From: an uncultured Novosphingobium sp.
GTDB lineage: Bacteria > Pseudomonadota > Alphaproteobacteria > Sphingomonadales > Sphingomonadaceae
Reading direction: 5' to 3'
Length of the DNA: 64,000 nucleotides
NCBI GenBank assembly: GCA_964245935.1
Contig: CAXTOS010000002.1
Span: 7,967-71,966 of the forward strand
A model generated the notes under the pieces. It was not told where the DNA came from and searched no databases. It saw only the letters and a program-made list of their open reading frames with translations. Position 1 is the first letter of the stretch. Each line of letters starts with the position of its first letter. Positions 42,389 through 53,837 of this stretch are shown here, in pieces. Made by a program: the position numbers and the translations under genes.

Positions 42389-42631
42389 TTTATTTGCCTC
42401 TTGACTACAATTAACCGCCATCCTTCATAACAATATTGTCTATAGTGGCGTGTAACATTTGCGAGGTTGGGTTAAATTTGACAGAACCCTCTGGAATTAC
42501 AGTGACACGTACCATAACCCCTAATTATTAAAATTGAGCGCGCATCCCAACTTACGGTCACACCTGAAAAACAACCCCCATATTCCTCGTTCGCCTCGAT
42601 CTTCGCCGCCACCATACCCACCTTAAAACCC

Positions 42632-45427
42632 CTACCCATGCGCGCCAAACTCATTGGCGATCGCGGTACTAATCCGCAGCGACAGCGCCTGCGCCCGGGC
42701 GATCGGTTCGATATAGTCGCGGCGGATGGTGGCGTAGCCGGTGGCGCCTTCGTCGGGATAATCGGCGGGCTCCTGCACCGAAAAATCGCTGAGTTTGGGG
42801 AAGGCGACGGGGAAGGCGCGGCGCAATTGGGCCAGCGCCTCGTCGATGCGCAGGGTGAATACCATTTCCAGCACGTCTTCGCGGGCGATGTCGTTGGCGC
42901 GGCTGAAAGCGGGGACCATGACCACCCGCAAAAACATATGCTGCATCAGTGCCAGCCGCAGCGCGTGGAGCACGCCCAGCATGCGGCGGGTATGTTCGCG
43001 GGCATCGCGCAGGTTGGGCTCCTGACCGGGGGCGGGCGCATCCTGGGGAATGCCGCGCAGCAGGCGATAGAGTTTGAGCGAATCGACACGCAGTCGCGAC
43101 GCCAGCCTGCGAAACACCCCGGTGCGATCGTCGCTGGTCAGATATTCGGCCAGCGCCAGGCAGCCATCGGCAATATGGTCTTCATTGCCGCGATAGGGCC
43201 GGCTGGCCCAATAGGCCGAGTTGAACAGCTCGCCATAGGCTGCGACGGTCTTGATGCTGGCCAGGGCATTGGCGGCGCGGACCAGCCGCACCATCTGGCG
43301 CCCGCGCTCGCTGGTGGTGAGCAGCGCGGCGAGTTCCTCGACATTGCCGTCGGACGCGGTGCCGAAGCCGGCGATCACGTTCACCGGATAGCCCAGCTGT
43401 TGCAGGATGGCGTTGTGCGGGATGGCGCGGAACTGGCGCAGGCTCATCTGGCGATCGGCGGCCAGGTCGGACTGGCGGCGGGCCTTGCGGCTGCCGGTGT
43501 CGTTGAGCAGGCCCAGGCCAAACGCGGTCAGCGCGCGCGAATAGGTGGAGCTGGCGAGGTGGCGCTGCTGCACGCGGCGGATGGCGCGGTAGAAATCGAG
43601 GCTCAGGTCGGTGCGGCGATAGAACGGATCGGTCGGCGCATAGGGATCGGTGTGCGCCGGGGCCAGTTCGATAAAGCGGGTCAGCGTCGCCAGCGCAAGT
43701 TCGGGCGTGCCGAAGAACAGATAGCCGTCGCCGCCCTGAAAGCTGACTTCAGGCTCCAGCCTGATCCCCGCGCGCACGAACCGCCGCCGCGACCACGGCG
43801 ACAGCGGCCACGCCAGCCGGTCGGCCAGGCTGGTCGGATGCGCCCCGCGCCCCATCGATTCACCATGGGTGTTGAAGATCAGCGCCGAGACATCGCTTAG
43901 CCCGTTCTCGGTCATCACTTCGGCCAGTCGCCCCTGCAGGCGCTCGATCGCCAGCGCGGCGGGGATCTGCCCGACGAAGCGCCCGGCGTCGGAAAATCCG
44001 GTCTGGATCGCGACCCGGCCGCGCGTGCGGGCATAACTGCGGTAGGCGTCTTCTGCCAGCAGCGCCTCCAGAAAGCGGCCACCGTGTTCCAGCGCGCTTT
44101 CGGTTTCGAACAGTGGCGAAATATCGACCTGTTCCGCGATCCCGAACAGTTTGGCGTAATAGAGCGCCGCCAGCATGGTGGTGGGCTGTTCGCATTCGGC
44201 CACCAGCATGCGGATCGGCGCGTCGCCATCGATGTGGTGCAGGATTTCCACCATGGTCAGGAACAGGCGCACGGCGGTGCTGTTTTCCATCGCCAGCGCG
44301 GCGAAGTTCGAGCGTAGCGGCCTGGCCCCGGCCAGCAATTCGCGCATCTTGACCAGTGCGGCCTGGCTGCCGAGGTCGAGCTTGCCATCGGGGTCGATGC
44401 GGCGGCGAATGGCGTTCTGCAATTGCGACGAATTCACCCGGAAGTGCACCCAGCCCATGCCCAGGCCATCGGTGCGCATCGCGGCGGCGACGACCAGCAA
44501 GGTTTCCGCGGTTTCCGGCGCGGCACTCGCGGCCATCGTTTCGAGTTCTGCAATGATCGCCGACAGGCTGGTCAGCTTGTCCGGGTGAGCGGCGGTCAGC
44601 GTGTTGGCGGCCGCGGACACGGCTGCCGGTTCGTCGAGGCTGGCCGCGAACAGCGCCGCCATGTCGGCGGAGTGACGGCTAGCCGCAGACAGCCGCGCCG
44701 CCGGCTCGGGCGCGGCTTCGGCCAATTGGGCGGCGTAAAGCCCGAGCCGCTGGGCCTTTTCCTCTAGCCGATAGCGGATGCAGGTGTTCCAGCCGATGTC
44801 GGTGCGGCCATCCATGTCATAGCCGACCCAGCTGGCAAAGCGCAGCGGCTCGGGCTGCAATTCCTGCCAACGATCGGCCCAGCGCTGGCGCGCGGTGCGC
44901 AGCAGCATCAGGTTGATCCGGTCGCGCGCCGCCTGGCCCCGGGCGATTGCGGTCATGGCGGCAGCATGCTCGGTGTCCAGCGTGATGGTATCGCGGCCAT
45001 GCGGCGCGACGCAGACCGTGGCAGCACTGCAATCGCCCGAGGTGGCCGCAGCTGCCACCGCTTCGGTTTCGGCGCTCGACAGCAGGAAGGTGGGGTGGGC
45101 CGTGAACACGATATGCGCCACCGGCCGCGACCAGCGCGCGGCAAAGCCGGCAAAATCACCGGTATCGGCCAGGCCCTTGAGCCCGGCGAGATTGCCGTCC
45201 GGGTCCACCGGCGCGATCAGCCGGTGCAGCCGCTCGGCGCGCGCGCGCAGTGCCTCGCATTCCAGTTCGGCGACCATCGCCTCGACCCCGTCGAGTGTCA
45301 GTTCGCCATTTTCGATCCGCCGCGACAGCTCCAGCCCCAGCTGGAACACCGGATTGAACAGCGGCGTTTCGGCCGTGCGGACGTGGAGCGCTTCCAGGCG
45401 GGCATCCAGGGCGGCAAATTCGCTCAT
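42632..45427 (-). CDS. ppc: Divergent phosphoenolpyruvate carboxylase-family protein
   Basis: VFTAHPT, SWVGYDMDG, PLFET, GFSDAGR, RAIPHN. Confidence 0.8.
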   Translation of the reverse strand: MSEFAALDARLEALHVRTAETPLFNPVFQLGLELSRRIENGELTLDGVEAMVAELECEALRARAERLHRLIAPVDPDGNLAGLKGLADTGDFAGFAARWSRPVAHIVFTAHPTFLLSSAETEAVAAAATSGDCSAATVCVAPHGRDTITLDTEHAAAMTAIARGQAARDRINLMLLRTARQRWADRWQELQPEPLRFASWVGYDMDGRTDIGWNTCIRYRLEEKAQRLGLYAAQLAEAAPEPAARLSAASRHSADMAALFAASLDEPAAVSAAANTLTAAHPDKLTSLSAIIAELETMAASAAPETAETLLVVAAAMRTDGLGMGWVHFRVNSSQLQNAIRRRIDPDGKLDLGSQAALVKMRELLAGARPLRSNFAALAMENSTAVRLFLTMVEILHHIDGDAPIRMLVAECEQPTTMLAALYYAKLFGIAEQVDISPLFETESALEHGGRFLEALLAEDAYRSYARTRGRVAIQTGFSDAGRFVGQIPAALAIERLQGRLAEVMTENGLSDVSALIFNTHGESMGRGAHPTSLADRLAWPLSPWSRRRFVRAGIRLEPEVSFQGGDGYLFFGTPELALATLTRFIELAPAHTDPYAPTDPFYRRTDLSLDFYRAIRRVQQRHLASSTYSRALTAFGLGLLNDTGSRKARRQSDLAADRQMSLRQFRAIPHNAILQQLGYPVNVIAGFGTASDGNVEELAALLTTSERGRQMVRLVRAANALASIKTVAAYGELFNSAYWASRPYRGNEDHIADGCLALAEYLTSDDRTGVFRRLASRLRVDSLKLYRLLRGIPQDAPAPGQEPNLRDAREHTRRMLGVLHALRLALMQHMFLRVVMVPAFSRANDIAREDVLEMVFTLRIDEALAQLRRAFPVAFPKLSDFSVQEPADYPDEGATGYATIRRDYIEPIARAQALSLRISTAIANEFGAHG

Positions 45428-45442
45428 TGCTGCGTTCTCCGG

Positions 45443-46057
45443 TTAGCGGGGCAAAGCCGCAGCCGCCCGCGCGGCGGCGGTGATGGCGGCAGCGTCGGGC
45501 GCACCCTTGGGCACCATCCAGCTGCCCCCGACGCACAGCACCGCAGGCAGTGCCAGCCAGGCAGGCGCAGTGGCCAGGGTGATGCCGCCGGTGGGGCAAA
45601 AGCGCGCCATGCCGAACGGCGCGGCGATCGCCTGCAACGCGGGAATGCCGCCGCTGGCCGTTGCCGGAAAGAATTTGAACCGGGTCAGCCCCAGGTCGAG
45701 CCCCAGCATGATATCGGCGGCATTGGCGGTGCCGGGCAGGAACGGCACGCCGCTGGCCACCGCCGCCGCGCCCAGCGCCGGGGTCAGGCCGGGCGAGACG
45801 ATGAATGCGCTGCCCGCCGCCAGGGCCTTGTCGAGATCGGCGGGGTTGAGCACGGTGCCGGCGCCGACGATCGCGCCGGGCACGGTCTTCATTGCGCGGA
45901 TCACGTCGATCGCGCAAGCCGTGCGCAGGGTCACTTCCAGCACCGGCAGGCCGCCCGCCACCAGCGCCTGCGCGATCGGGATAGCATGGGCAACGTCGTC
46001 GATCACCAGCACCGGGATCACCGGGGCCATGCGCATCAGCGTGTCGATGTCGGTCAA
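45443..46057 (-). CDS. eda: KDPG aldolase
   Basis: LEVTLRT, VGAGTV, FIVSPG, KFFPA, FCPTGGI. Confidence 0.96.
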   Translation of the reverse strand: MTDIDTLMRMAPVIPVLVIDDVAHAIPIAQALVAGGLPVLEVTLRTACAIDVIRAMKTVPGAIVGAGTVLNPADLDKALAAGSAFIVSPGLTPALGAAAVASGVPFLPGTANAADIMLGLDLGLTRFKFFPATASGGIPALQAIAAPFGMARFCPTGGITLATAPAWLALPAVLCVGGSWMVPKGAPDAAAITAAARAAAALPR

Positions 46058-47043
46058 ACCGGATGCTCCCTGGCAAAAGCAGCCGCTGCGCCGAGCAGGC
46101 CCGGCTGCGGATGGGTAATCAGCTTGACCGGCAGCGTGGCCATCATCGCCTCGAACCGCCCCTTGGCGCGGAATCGGGTCGCAAAGCCCGAGGCGACCAG
46201 CGTATCCTTGATCCGCAGCCCCAGCCCACCGGCGATCACCACGGCCGAAGCGCCATGCGCCAGCGCGTAATCGCCGGCTGCCGAGCCGAGTGACAGGCAG
46301 AAGCGTTCGATTGCCGCAGCAGCCAGACTGTCGGTTCCGCTGGTGCCCAGCTGCCACAAGCTCTTGTCGTCATGCACCGGACAGCAGACGCCCGCGCGCG
46401 CCGCCAGCGTTTCATGGATGTCGATCAGGCCGGGCCCGGAGACGACGCGTTCCACGGACACGCGGTCGTGGCGCTGGCGCAGCCGGGCCAAAATCGCATC
46501 GTCGATTGCATCGACCGGGGCAAAATCGGCGTGACCGCCCTCGGTCGCCTGGACGTGGCTGGCGCCTTTTTCGCCGAGCGGGCGACCGTTGCGCCAGACA
46601 TGGGCGACCCCCAACCCGGTGCCGGGGCCGACCACGCTGATCGTGCCCGATGTCGGCAAAGGCACGTCGGGGCCGGCCAGATGAATGAAGTTGGTGGCTT
46701 CGGCATGAAGGACGGCATAGCCAACCGCGCCGAAATCATTGACCAGCGTGACGTGGTCGACGCCTAGCTGGGTGGAGAGCTGGGCCGGCTGGATGGTCCA
46801 GGGGTTGTTGGTAAAGCGAATGACTTCGCCGCTGACCGGCCCGGCAATGGCGATGGCGACAGCGCGCGGCAAGGTTTGGCCCGACTGGCGGGCAAAAGCC
46901 TCCCACGCGGTCTGGAAGCTGGCGTAATCATGCGTCCTCAGCGTGACGCAATCACCCAGCGCGATCGTGCCGTCGGCGGCGATCCGCACCAGCGCAAAGC
47001 GGGCATGGGTGCCACCCACATCGATCGCGACAAGCCCGGTCAT
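46054..47043 (-). CDS. glk: Glucokinase
   Basis: DVGGTHARFA, LVNDF, GPGTGLG, TEGGH, ERVVSGPG. Confidence 0.95.
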   Translation of the reverse strand: MTGLVAIDVGGTHARFALVRIAADGTIALGDCVTLRTHDYASFQTAWEAFARQSGQTLPRAVAIAIAGPVSGEVIRFTNNPWTIQPAQLSTQLGVDHVTLVNDFGAVGYAVLHAEATNFIHLAGPDVPLPTSGTISVVGPGTGLGVAHVWRNGRPLGEKGASHVQATEGGHADFAPVDAIDDAILARLRQRHDRVSVERVVSGPGLIDIHETLAARAGVCCPVHDDKSLWQLGTSGTDSLAAAAIERFCLSLGSAAGDYALAHGASAVVIAGGLGLRIKDTLVASGFATRFRAKGRFEAMMATLPVKLITHPQPGLLGAAAAFAREHPV

Positions 47044-47049
47044 CTTCCT

Positions 47050-47151
47050 CCCCTTCCCTTCAGGGGAGGGGATCGAGGGGTGGGGCCTATCCTCCAGGCG
47101 CTGCGCTGGGGGCAAGGCCCCACCCCCAGCCCCTCCCCTGAAGGGGAGGGG
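47050..47151. repeat. REPIN-like inverted pair between edd and glk
   Basis: CCCCTTCCCTTCAGGGGAGGGG ... CCCCTCCCCTGAAGGGGAGGGG. Confidence 0.88.
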
Positions 47152-47170
47152 GGTAAACGAAAACAGCACC

Positions 47171-49000
<1,830 letters not shown>

Positions 49001-49021
49001 GCTCGATTTTCGCTTATGCCC

Positions 49022-50461
49022 TTATTCGTGCCATGTGACGCCATCCTTGGCCGCCAGCGCGATAGCCGCGGTCGGGCCCCAGCTGCCGGCGGTGTATGGC
49101 TGGGGAACCTTGTCATGATCGGCCCAGCTGGCACGTATCGCATCGATCCAGTCCCACTGTGCCTCGACCTCGTCACGGCGGACGAACAGCGTCTGGTCGC
49201 CCTCGATCAGGTCGAGCAGCAGGCGTTCGTAGGCGATCCGCTTGGTTGGCCCGGCAAAGGCATCGGCCATGCGGATATCCAGCGGCATGCTACGCAGGCG
49301 GATGCCGTCGCGGTCCAGCCCGGGCACCTTGGTCATCAGCGACAGGGTGATGTTTTCCACGGGCTGGATCCCGATCACCAGGCGGTTGGGCTGCGAGCGC
49401 GCGCCCTTGCCTGCAAAGATCGAGTGGGGGACATGCTTGAACTGCACGATGATCTCGGTGGTGCGCTCGGGCAGGCGCTTGCCGGTGCGCAGGTAAAACG
49501 GCACGCCTTTCCAGCGCCAATTGTCGAGATGGGCCTTGATCGCCACGAAGGTCTCGGTGTCGGACGGCTGGCCCAGCTCGTCCAGGTAACCGGGCACCGC
49601 CTGGCCGGCGATCGCGCCCGAGACGTATTGCCCGGTCACCGTTTCGTCGGGTGCGACCAGGCGCAGGCTGCGCAGCACCTTGACCTTTTCGTCGCGCACG
49701 GCGGTGGCTTCGTACAACGCCGGGGGCTCCATCGCCACCAGCGCCAGCAATTGCAGCATGTGGTTCTGCACCATGTCGCGCAGGGCGCCGGCACCGTCGT
49801 AAAAGCCGACGCGGCCCTCCAGCCCCACGGTTTCGGCCACGGTGATCTGCACATGATCGATATGCGCGGCATTCCACAAGGGCTCGAACAGGATATTGGC
49901 AAAGCGCAACGCCAGCAGGTTCTGCACCGTCTCCTTGCCGAGATAATGGTCGATGCGAAAAATCCGGTCTTCGGGAAAGGCGCGGGCGACGGCATCGTTG
50001 ATATGGCAGCTGGTATCGAAACTGGTACCCAGCGGTTTTTCCAGGCCGATGCGCACTTGCGGCCCGGCCAGCCCGCTGGCGGCAAGCCCGGCAATGGTCG
50101 CCTCGAACAGGCTGGGCGCGGTGGACAGGAATATCGCCAGCCCATTCGATTCCGGTCCGACCTTTTGCGCCAGCGCGGAAAAATGCCCGGTGTCGGTGGC
50201 GTCGAGCGGCTGGTACACCAGCCGGTTCAGGAACGAAGTTATGGCCTGCTTGCGATAATCGGGCAGGTATTTTTCAAGAGCCTTGCGGGCAAAGGCGCGG
50301 AAGCCGTCGTCGGTGAAATCCGATCGCGCGGTGCCGATGATCACCAGATTGTCTGCCACCAGCCGGTCGTCGTGCAGCGCGCACAGCGACGGCAGCAACA
50401 TGCGTTGCGACAGATCGCCCGAAGCACCGAAAAGCAGCAGGCGGTCGGCGGTAAAGCGCAT
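49022..50461 (-). CDS. zwf: Glucose-6-phosphate 1-dehydrogenase
   Basis: GASGDL, EKPLG, RIDHYLGKE, RDMVQNH, YLRTGK. Confidence 0.97.
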   Translation of the reverse strand: MRFTADRLLLFGASGDLSQRMLLPSLCALHDDRLVADNLVIIGTARSDFTDDGFRAFARKALEKYLPDYRKQAITSFLNRLVYQPLDATDTGHFSALAQKVGPESNGLAIFLSTAPSLFEATIAGLAASGLAGPQVRIGLEKPLGTSFDTSCHINDAVARAFPEDRIFRIDHYLGKETVQNLLALRFANILFEPLWNAAHIDHVQITVAETVGLEGRVGFYDGAGALRDMVQNHMLQLLALVAMEPPALYEATAVRDEKVKVLRSLRLVAPDETVTGQYVSGAIAGQAVPGYLDELGQPSDTETFVAIKAHLDNWRWKGVPFYLRTGKRLPERTTEIIVQFKHVPHSIFAGKGARSQPNRLVIGIQPVENITLSLMTKVPGLDRDGIRLRSMPLDIRMADAFAGPTKRIAYERLLLDLIEGDQTLFVRRDEVEAQWDWIDAIRASWADHDKVPQPYTAGSWGPTAAIALAAKDGVTWHE

Positions 50462-50720
50462 CCAGGTTCCATTCGTGAACAAGGCAAAGGTAATGAACGC
50501 CGTGTGTGGACACACTGACCGATGCTGCATCTGCGAGCAGTCCGGTTTAACAGCGATATGGCAGTCACGCCAGCAATGATCTGAAGTTTTGGGCGCCAGC
50601 TCCCAGGGCTGACGAATGAATCATGACTGAAGATTGGCATGAAATCCTGCGCGCCGCCTGCTTTTTCCGGCACAGGCGAGGATTTAAAGACATTGCCCGT
50701 GATCCGTGAGAATATGACCC

Positions 50721-51581
50721 GTGGCTCAAACGCACCTCGATCGCCCCCCGGGCGCAGCAGCGGACTGGACGATCCCGCAGGGCTGGGGCCATTACACCGC
50801 CGCGGAACATGCGCTGTGGGACCGGTTGTTCGAGCGACAGGCAAGGATGCTGGCCGATCGGGTGACCGGCTCGTTCATCGCCGGGCTGGACATCCTGCGC
50901 ATGGATCGTCCGGGTATTCCCGATTTCGACGCCTTGTCCGAACGGCTGATGCAGGCGACCGGCTGGCAAGTCGTCGCCGTTCCGGGGCTGGTGCCCGATG
51001 CGGTGTTCTTCGAACATCTCGCCAATCGCCGCTTCGTCGCCGGACGCTTCATCCGCACGCCGGACCAGCTCGATTACCTGCAGGAGCCGGATGTCTTTCA
51101 CGACGTGTTCGGCCATGTGCCGTTGCTGGCGAACCCGGTTTTCGCCGACTTCATGCAGGCCTACGGCAAGGGCGGGATGCGGGCCGACGGCCTGGGCGCC
51201 ATCAGCCGGCTCGCCCGCCTGTACTGGTACACCGTGGAATTCGGACTGGTGCGGGAGCGCGGCGAGACCAGGCTGTACGGCGCGGGGATCGTATCGTCCT
51301 ACGGCGAATCGCAATTCGCGCTCGACGATCCGTCACCTAACCGCCTGGGCTTCGACCTGCGGCGCCTGATGCGCACGCAATACCGCATCGACGATTATCA
51401 GCAGACCTACTGGGTCATCGACAGCTTCGAGGATCTGCTCCGCCAGACCATCGAGACCGATTTCGCGCCGCTTTATGCAGAGCTTCAGGACCAGCCCGAC
51501 ATCGCCGGCGACGCCGTCCTGTCGACCGATCGCATCCTGCATCGCGGCACGCAGGCCCATGCCAGCAGCCACAACGGCTGA
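50721..51581 (+). CDS. phhA: Phenylalanine 4-monooxygenase
   Basis: YLQEPDVFHDVFGHVP, YWYTVEFGL, YGAGIVSS. Confidence 0.96.
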   Translation: MAQTHLDRPPGAAADWTIPQGWGHYTAAEHALWDRLFERQARMLADRVTGSFIAGLDILRMDRPGIPDFDALSERLMQATGWQVVAVPGLVPDAVFFEHLANRRFVAGRFIRTPDQLDYLQEPDVFHDVFGHVPLLANPVFADFMQAYGKGGMRADGLGAISRLARLYWYTVEFGLVRERGETRLYGAGIVSSYGESQFALDDPSPNRLGFDLRRLMRTQYRIDDYQQTYWVIDSFEDLLRQTIETDFAPLYAELQDQPDIAGDAVLSTDRILHRGTQAHASSHNG

Positions 51582-51597
51582 GGCGCTCCGGAGCAGC

Positions 51598-52215
51598 TCA
51601 GCCCGGTCGGCGCATTTCGAACAGCTGGTCCTGGGTGATCTCGAAATAGTCCGCCGGGCCGCCGCCGCGGGTGATCGGATGGGCCCTGGCGGTCTGGTAG
51701 ACCCCCGCTTCGATCAGATCGCTGTCGATGTGTATGCCGACCGCTTCGCCCAGCACCAGCCATTGATCGATCTCGTCGCCGTCTTTCGTGGTCAGGCGGA
51801 CGATCTGCGTGACCTTGCACTCGAACTGCACCGGACTGCCGGCAACGCCGGGGGGGCCCACCAGCCGGGACGGGACCTTGCCGAGCCCGGCCAGATCGAA
51901 TTCGTCGATCTGCGCAGCGACGGTGGCCGAGGTGGCGTTCATGGCTTGCGCCTGCGCGCGGGTGGCCAGGTTCCAGACGAATTCGCCGGTGGCCTGCGCA
52001 TTGGCGGCGCTGTCTTTCCAGCCTTGCGAAGAAAAACCGACGATCGGGGGTTTGTAACTGAACAGGTTGAAAAAGCTGTAGGGCGCGAGATTGACCGCGC
52101 CCATAGCACTGACCGTGCTGATCCAGCCGATCGGGCGCGGGGCGACGATGGCGTTGAGCGGATCATGGGCCAGCCCGTGGCCAAGGCGAGGTTCGTAAAA
52201 ATGGCGGTCGGTCAT
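51598..52215 (-). CDS. Flavin reductase-like protein
   Basis: PRPIGWIST, NLAPYSFFN, TGEFVWN. Confidence 0.9.
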   Translation of the reverse strand: MTDRHFYEPRLGHGLAHDPLNAIVAPRPIGWISTVSAMGAVNLAPYSFFNLFSYKPPIVGFSSQGWKDSAANAQATGEFVWNLATRAQAQAMNATSATVAAQIDEFDLAGLGKVPSRLVGPPGVAGSPVQFECKVTQIVRLTTKDGDEIDQWLVLGEAVGIHIDSDLIEAGVYQTARAHPITRGGGPADYFEITQDQLFEMRRPG

Positions 52216-52290
52216 GGACGGGCTTCCGTGGGCAAGAGGATTGATATTGCCGAATGGGTTCAAGGCGCCGGAGTTCCTGTCTGGCGTGAT

Positions 52291-52485
52291 TCAAGAACCA
52301 CCACCGGTGCCCTTTGCGTCGTCACGCGTTAGCGGTTTTTTGAGCACCGCGAAGGCCAGATCGGCGACCCTGGGCAGGCCGAAGCGCTCATCGCCATGGA
52401 AGAACCGGCGGCTCTCCCCGGTCGCGCGATACCCCTGGCGCCGATACCGGGCAATCAACTCCTCACGCTGGCGGACCACCGTCAA
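52291..52485 (-). pseudogene. C-terminal fragment of a GNAT acetyltransferase
   Basis: TVVRQREELIARYRRQGYRATGE...DERFGLP...LKKPL. Confidence 0.6.
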
Positions 52486-52652
52486 TGCAGCTGCGGCGCA
52501 ATCCGGGCCGGAAATCCCGCCCTGCGGCTGCGCGCTGTTTTTTGCAACGATATGTGGCGATGATTGTGTTGGATCGGCAGCGATAAAGTGGGCATTGATA
52601 GTCAGCGAAGCATCATGCGAAGCAGGGGGGCCTGGCCTTCGCCATCAACGAT

Positions 52653-53837
52653 GTGACAACAGGGGTCCAAAGCTTGCGGCGCGCAATTCCGATTCCCTCG
52701 CTGGACCCTTTCCTGCTGATCCTGATCGCGACCGTCACGCTGGCCTCGCTGGTCCCGGCGCGAGGCGCGGCGACGCATGTCTTCGAACTGGCCACCCAAG
52801 TGGCCATCGCCCTGCTGTTCTTCCTGCATGGCGCCAAGCTGTCGCGTGAGGCGATCATGCAGGGGATCGGTAACTGGCGGCTGCACGCGCTGGTCCTGGC
52901 TTCGACGTACGGCCTGTTCCCCGTGATCGGGCTGGGTTTGACCACGCTCGAATCGGGCTGGGCCTCGCCGCAACTGGCCACCGGCCTGCTGTTCCTGTCG
53001 CTGCTTCCCTCGACGGTGCAATCCTCGATCGCCTTTACCGCGATGGCGCGCGGCAATGTTGCCGCCGCGGTGTGCAGTGCCTCACTGTCCAATCTGGTGG
53101 GGATCATCGCCACGCCGCTGCTGCTGGGGCTGTTCGGGCATATTGCCGGGCATATCACGGGGCAGGGGGTCGGGGCCTCATGGGGTGCGGTGCGCACGAT
53201 CGGGCTGCAACTGCTGTTGCCGTTCGTGGCCGGGCATCTGCTGCGACCGGTGATCGGCGATTTTGTCCAGCGCAACAAGAAGATCCTGGGCCCGGTGGAT
53301 CGATCCTCGATCCTGCTGGTGGTCTATACCGCGTTCAGCGCGGCGGTGGTCGGCGGCATCTGGCACCACATCGGGGTGGGCGATCTGCTGGTGCTGCTGG
53401 GCAATTGCACGGTTGTGCTGGCGCTGGTCATGGGGGCCAATGTGGCGGTGGCCCGGCTGGTCAGGCTGCCGCGCGAAGATGCCATCGTGCTGCTGTTCTG
53501 CGGTTCCAAGAAGAGCCTGGTGTCGGGCGTGCCGATGGCCGGTGCGCTGTTTCCGGCGGCTCAGGTCGGGCAGATCGTGTTGCCGCTGATGCTGTTTCAC
53601 CAGCTGCAATTGTTCGTCTGTGCGATTCTCGCCGCCCATCTCGCCAAGACGGGCCTGGCGAAGGACGGCGCGCCGCAGGATCAGCAGCACGCCGCGATCC
53701 CGCGCGATGCCGAGGATGCGGTGGGGGTGGCCACGTCGCTGGGGCTGACGATACCGCCGGATTGCCTGCCTGGCGTGACCGCCAATCTGGCCCTGCTCGA
53801 TCATCACGCCGGCATATTCCGGGGGCCCGCCCAATGA
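52653..53837 (+). CDS. Bile acid:sodium symporter-family transporter with a C-terminal AtzG/HpxX-like domain
   Basis: LFFLHGAKL, LPSTVQSSIAFT, FCGSKKSL; C-terminal tail LGLTIPPDCLPGVTANLALL. Confidence 0.88.
   Translation: MTTGVQSLRRAIPIPSLDPFLLILIATVTLASLVPARGAATHVFELATQVAIALLFFLHGAKLSREAIMQGIGNWRLHALVLASTYGLFPVIGLGLTTLESGWASPQLATGLLFLSLLPSTVQSSIAFTAMARGNVAAAVCSASLSNLVGIIATPLLLGLFGHIAGHITGQGVGASWGAVRTIGLQLLLPFVAGHLLRPVIGDFVQRNKKILGPVDRSSILLVVYTAFSAAVVGGIWHHIGVGDLLVLLGNCTVVLALVMGANVAVARLVRLPREDAIVLLFCGSKKSLVSGVPMAGALFPAAQVGQIVLPLMLFHQLQLFVCAILAAHLAKTGLAKDGAPQDQQHAAIPRDAEDAVGVATSLGLTIPPDCLPGVTANLALLDHHAGIFRGPAQ

Larger units (their letters stand above)
40754..42578. repeat. Array of seven ~27-bp repeats GGGGTT-N5-ACGTGTCACCGTAATY flanking cargo DNA
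   Basis: Plus copies at 40754-40780, 41091-41117, 41183-41209, 41944-41970. Minus copies at 41834-41860, 42495-42521, 42552-42578 (degenerate). Partial tandem duplications at 41118-41132 and 41971-41980. Confidence 0.93.

Noticed and set aside
40754-42578. CRISPR array or integron interpretation of the 27-bp repeats
   Set aside because: Repeats occur in both orientations with spacing from about 30 to 620 bp; there are no cas genes, no tyrosine integrase and no attC-like structure.
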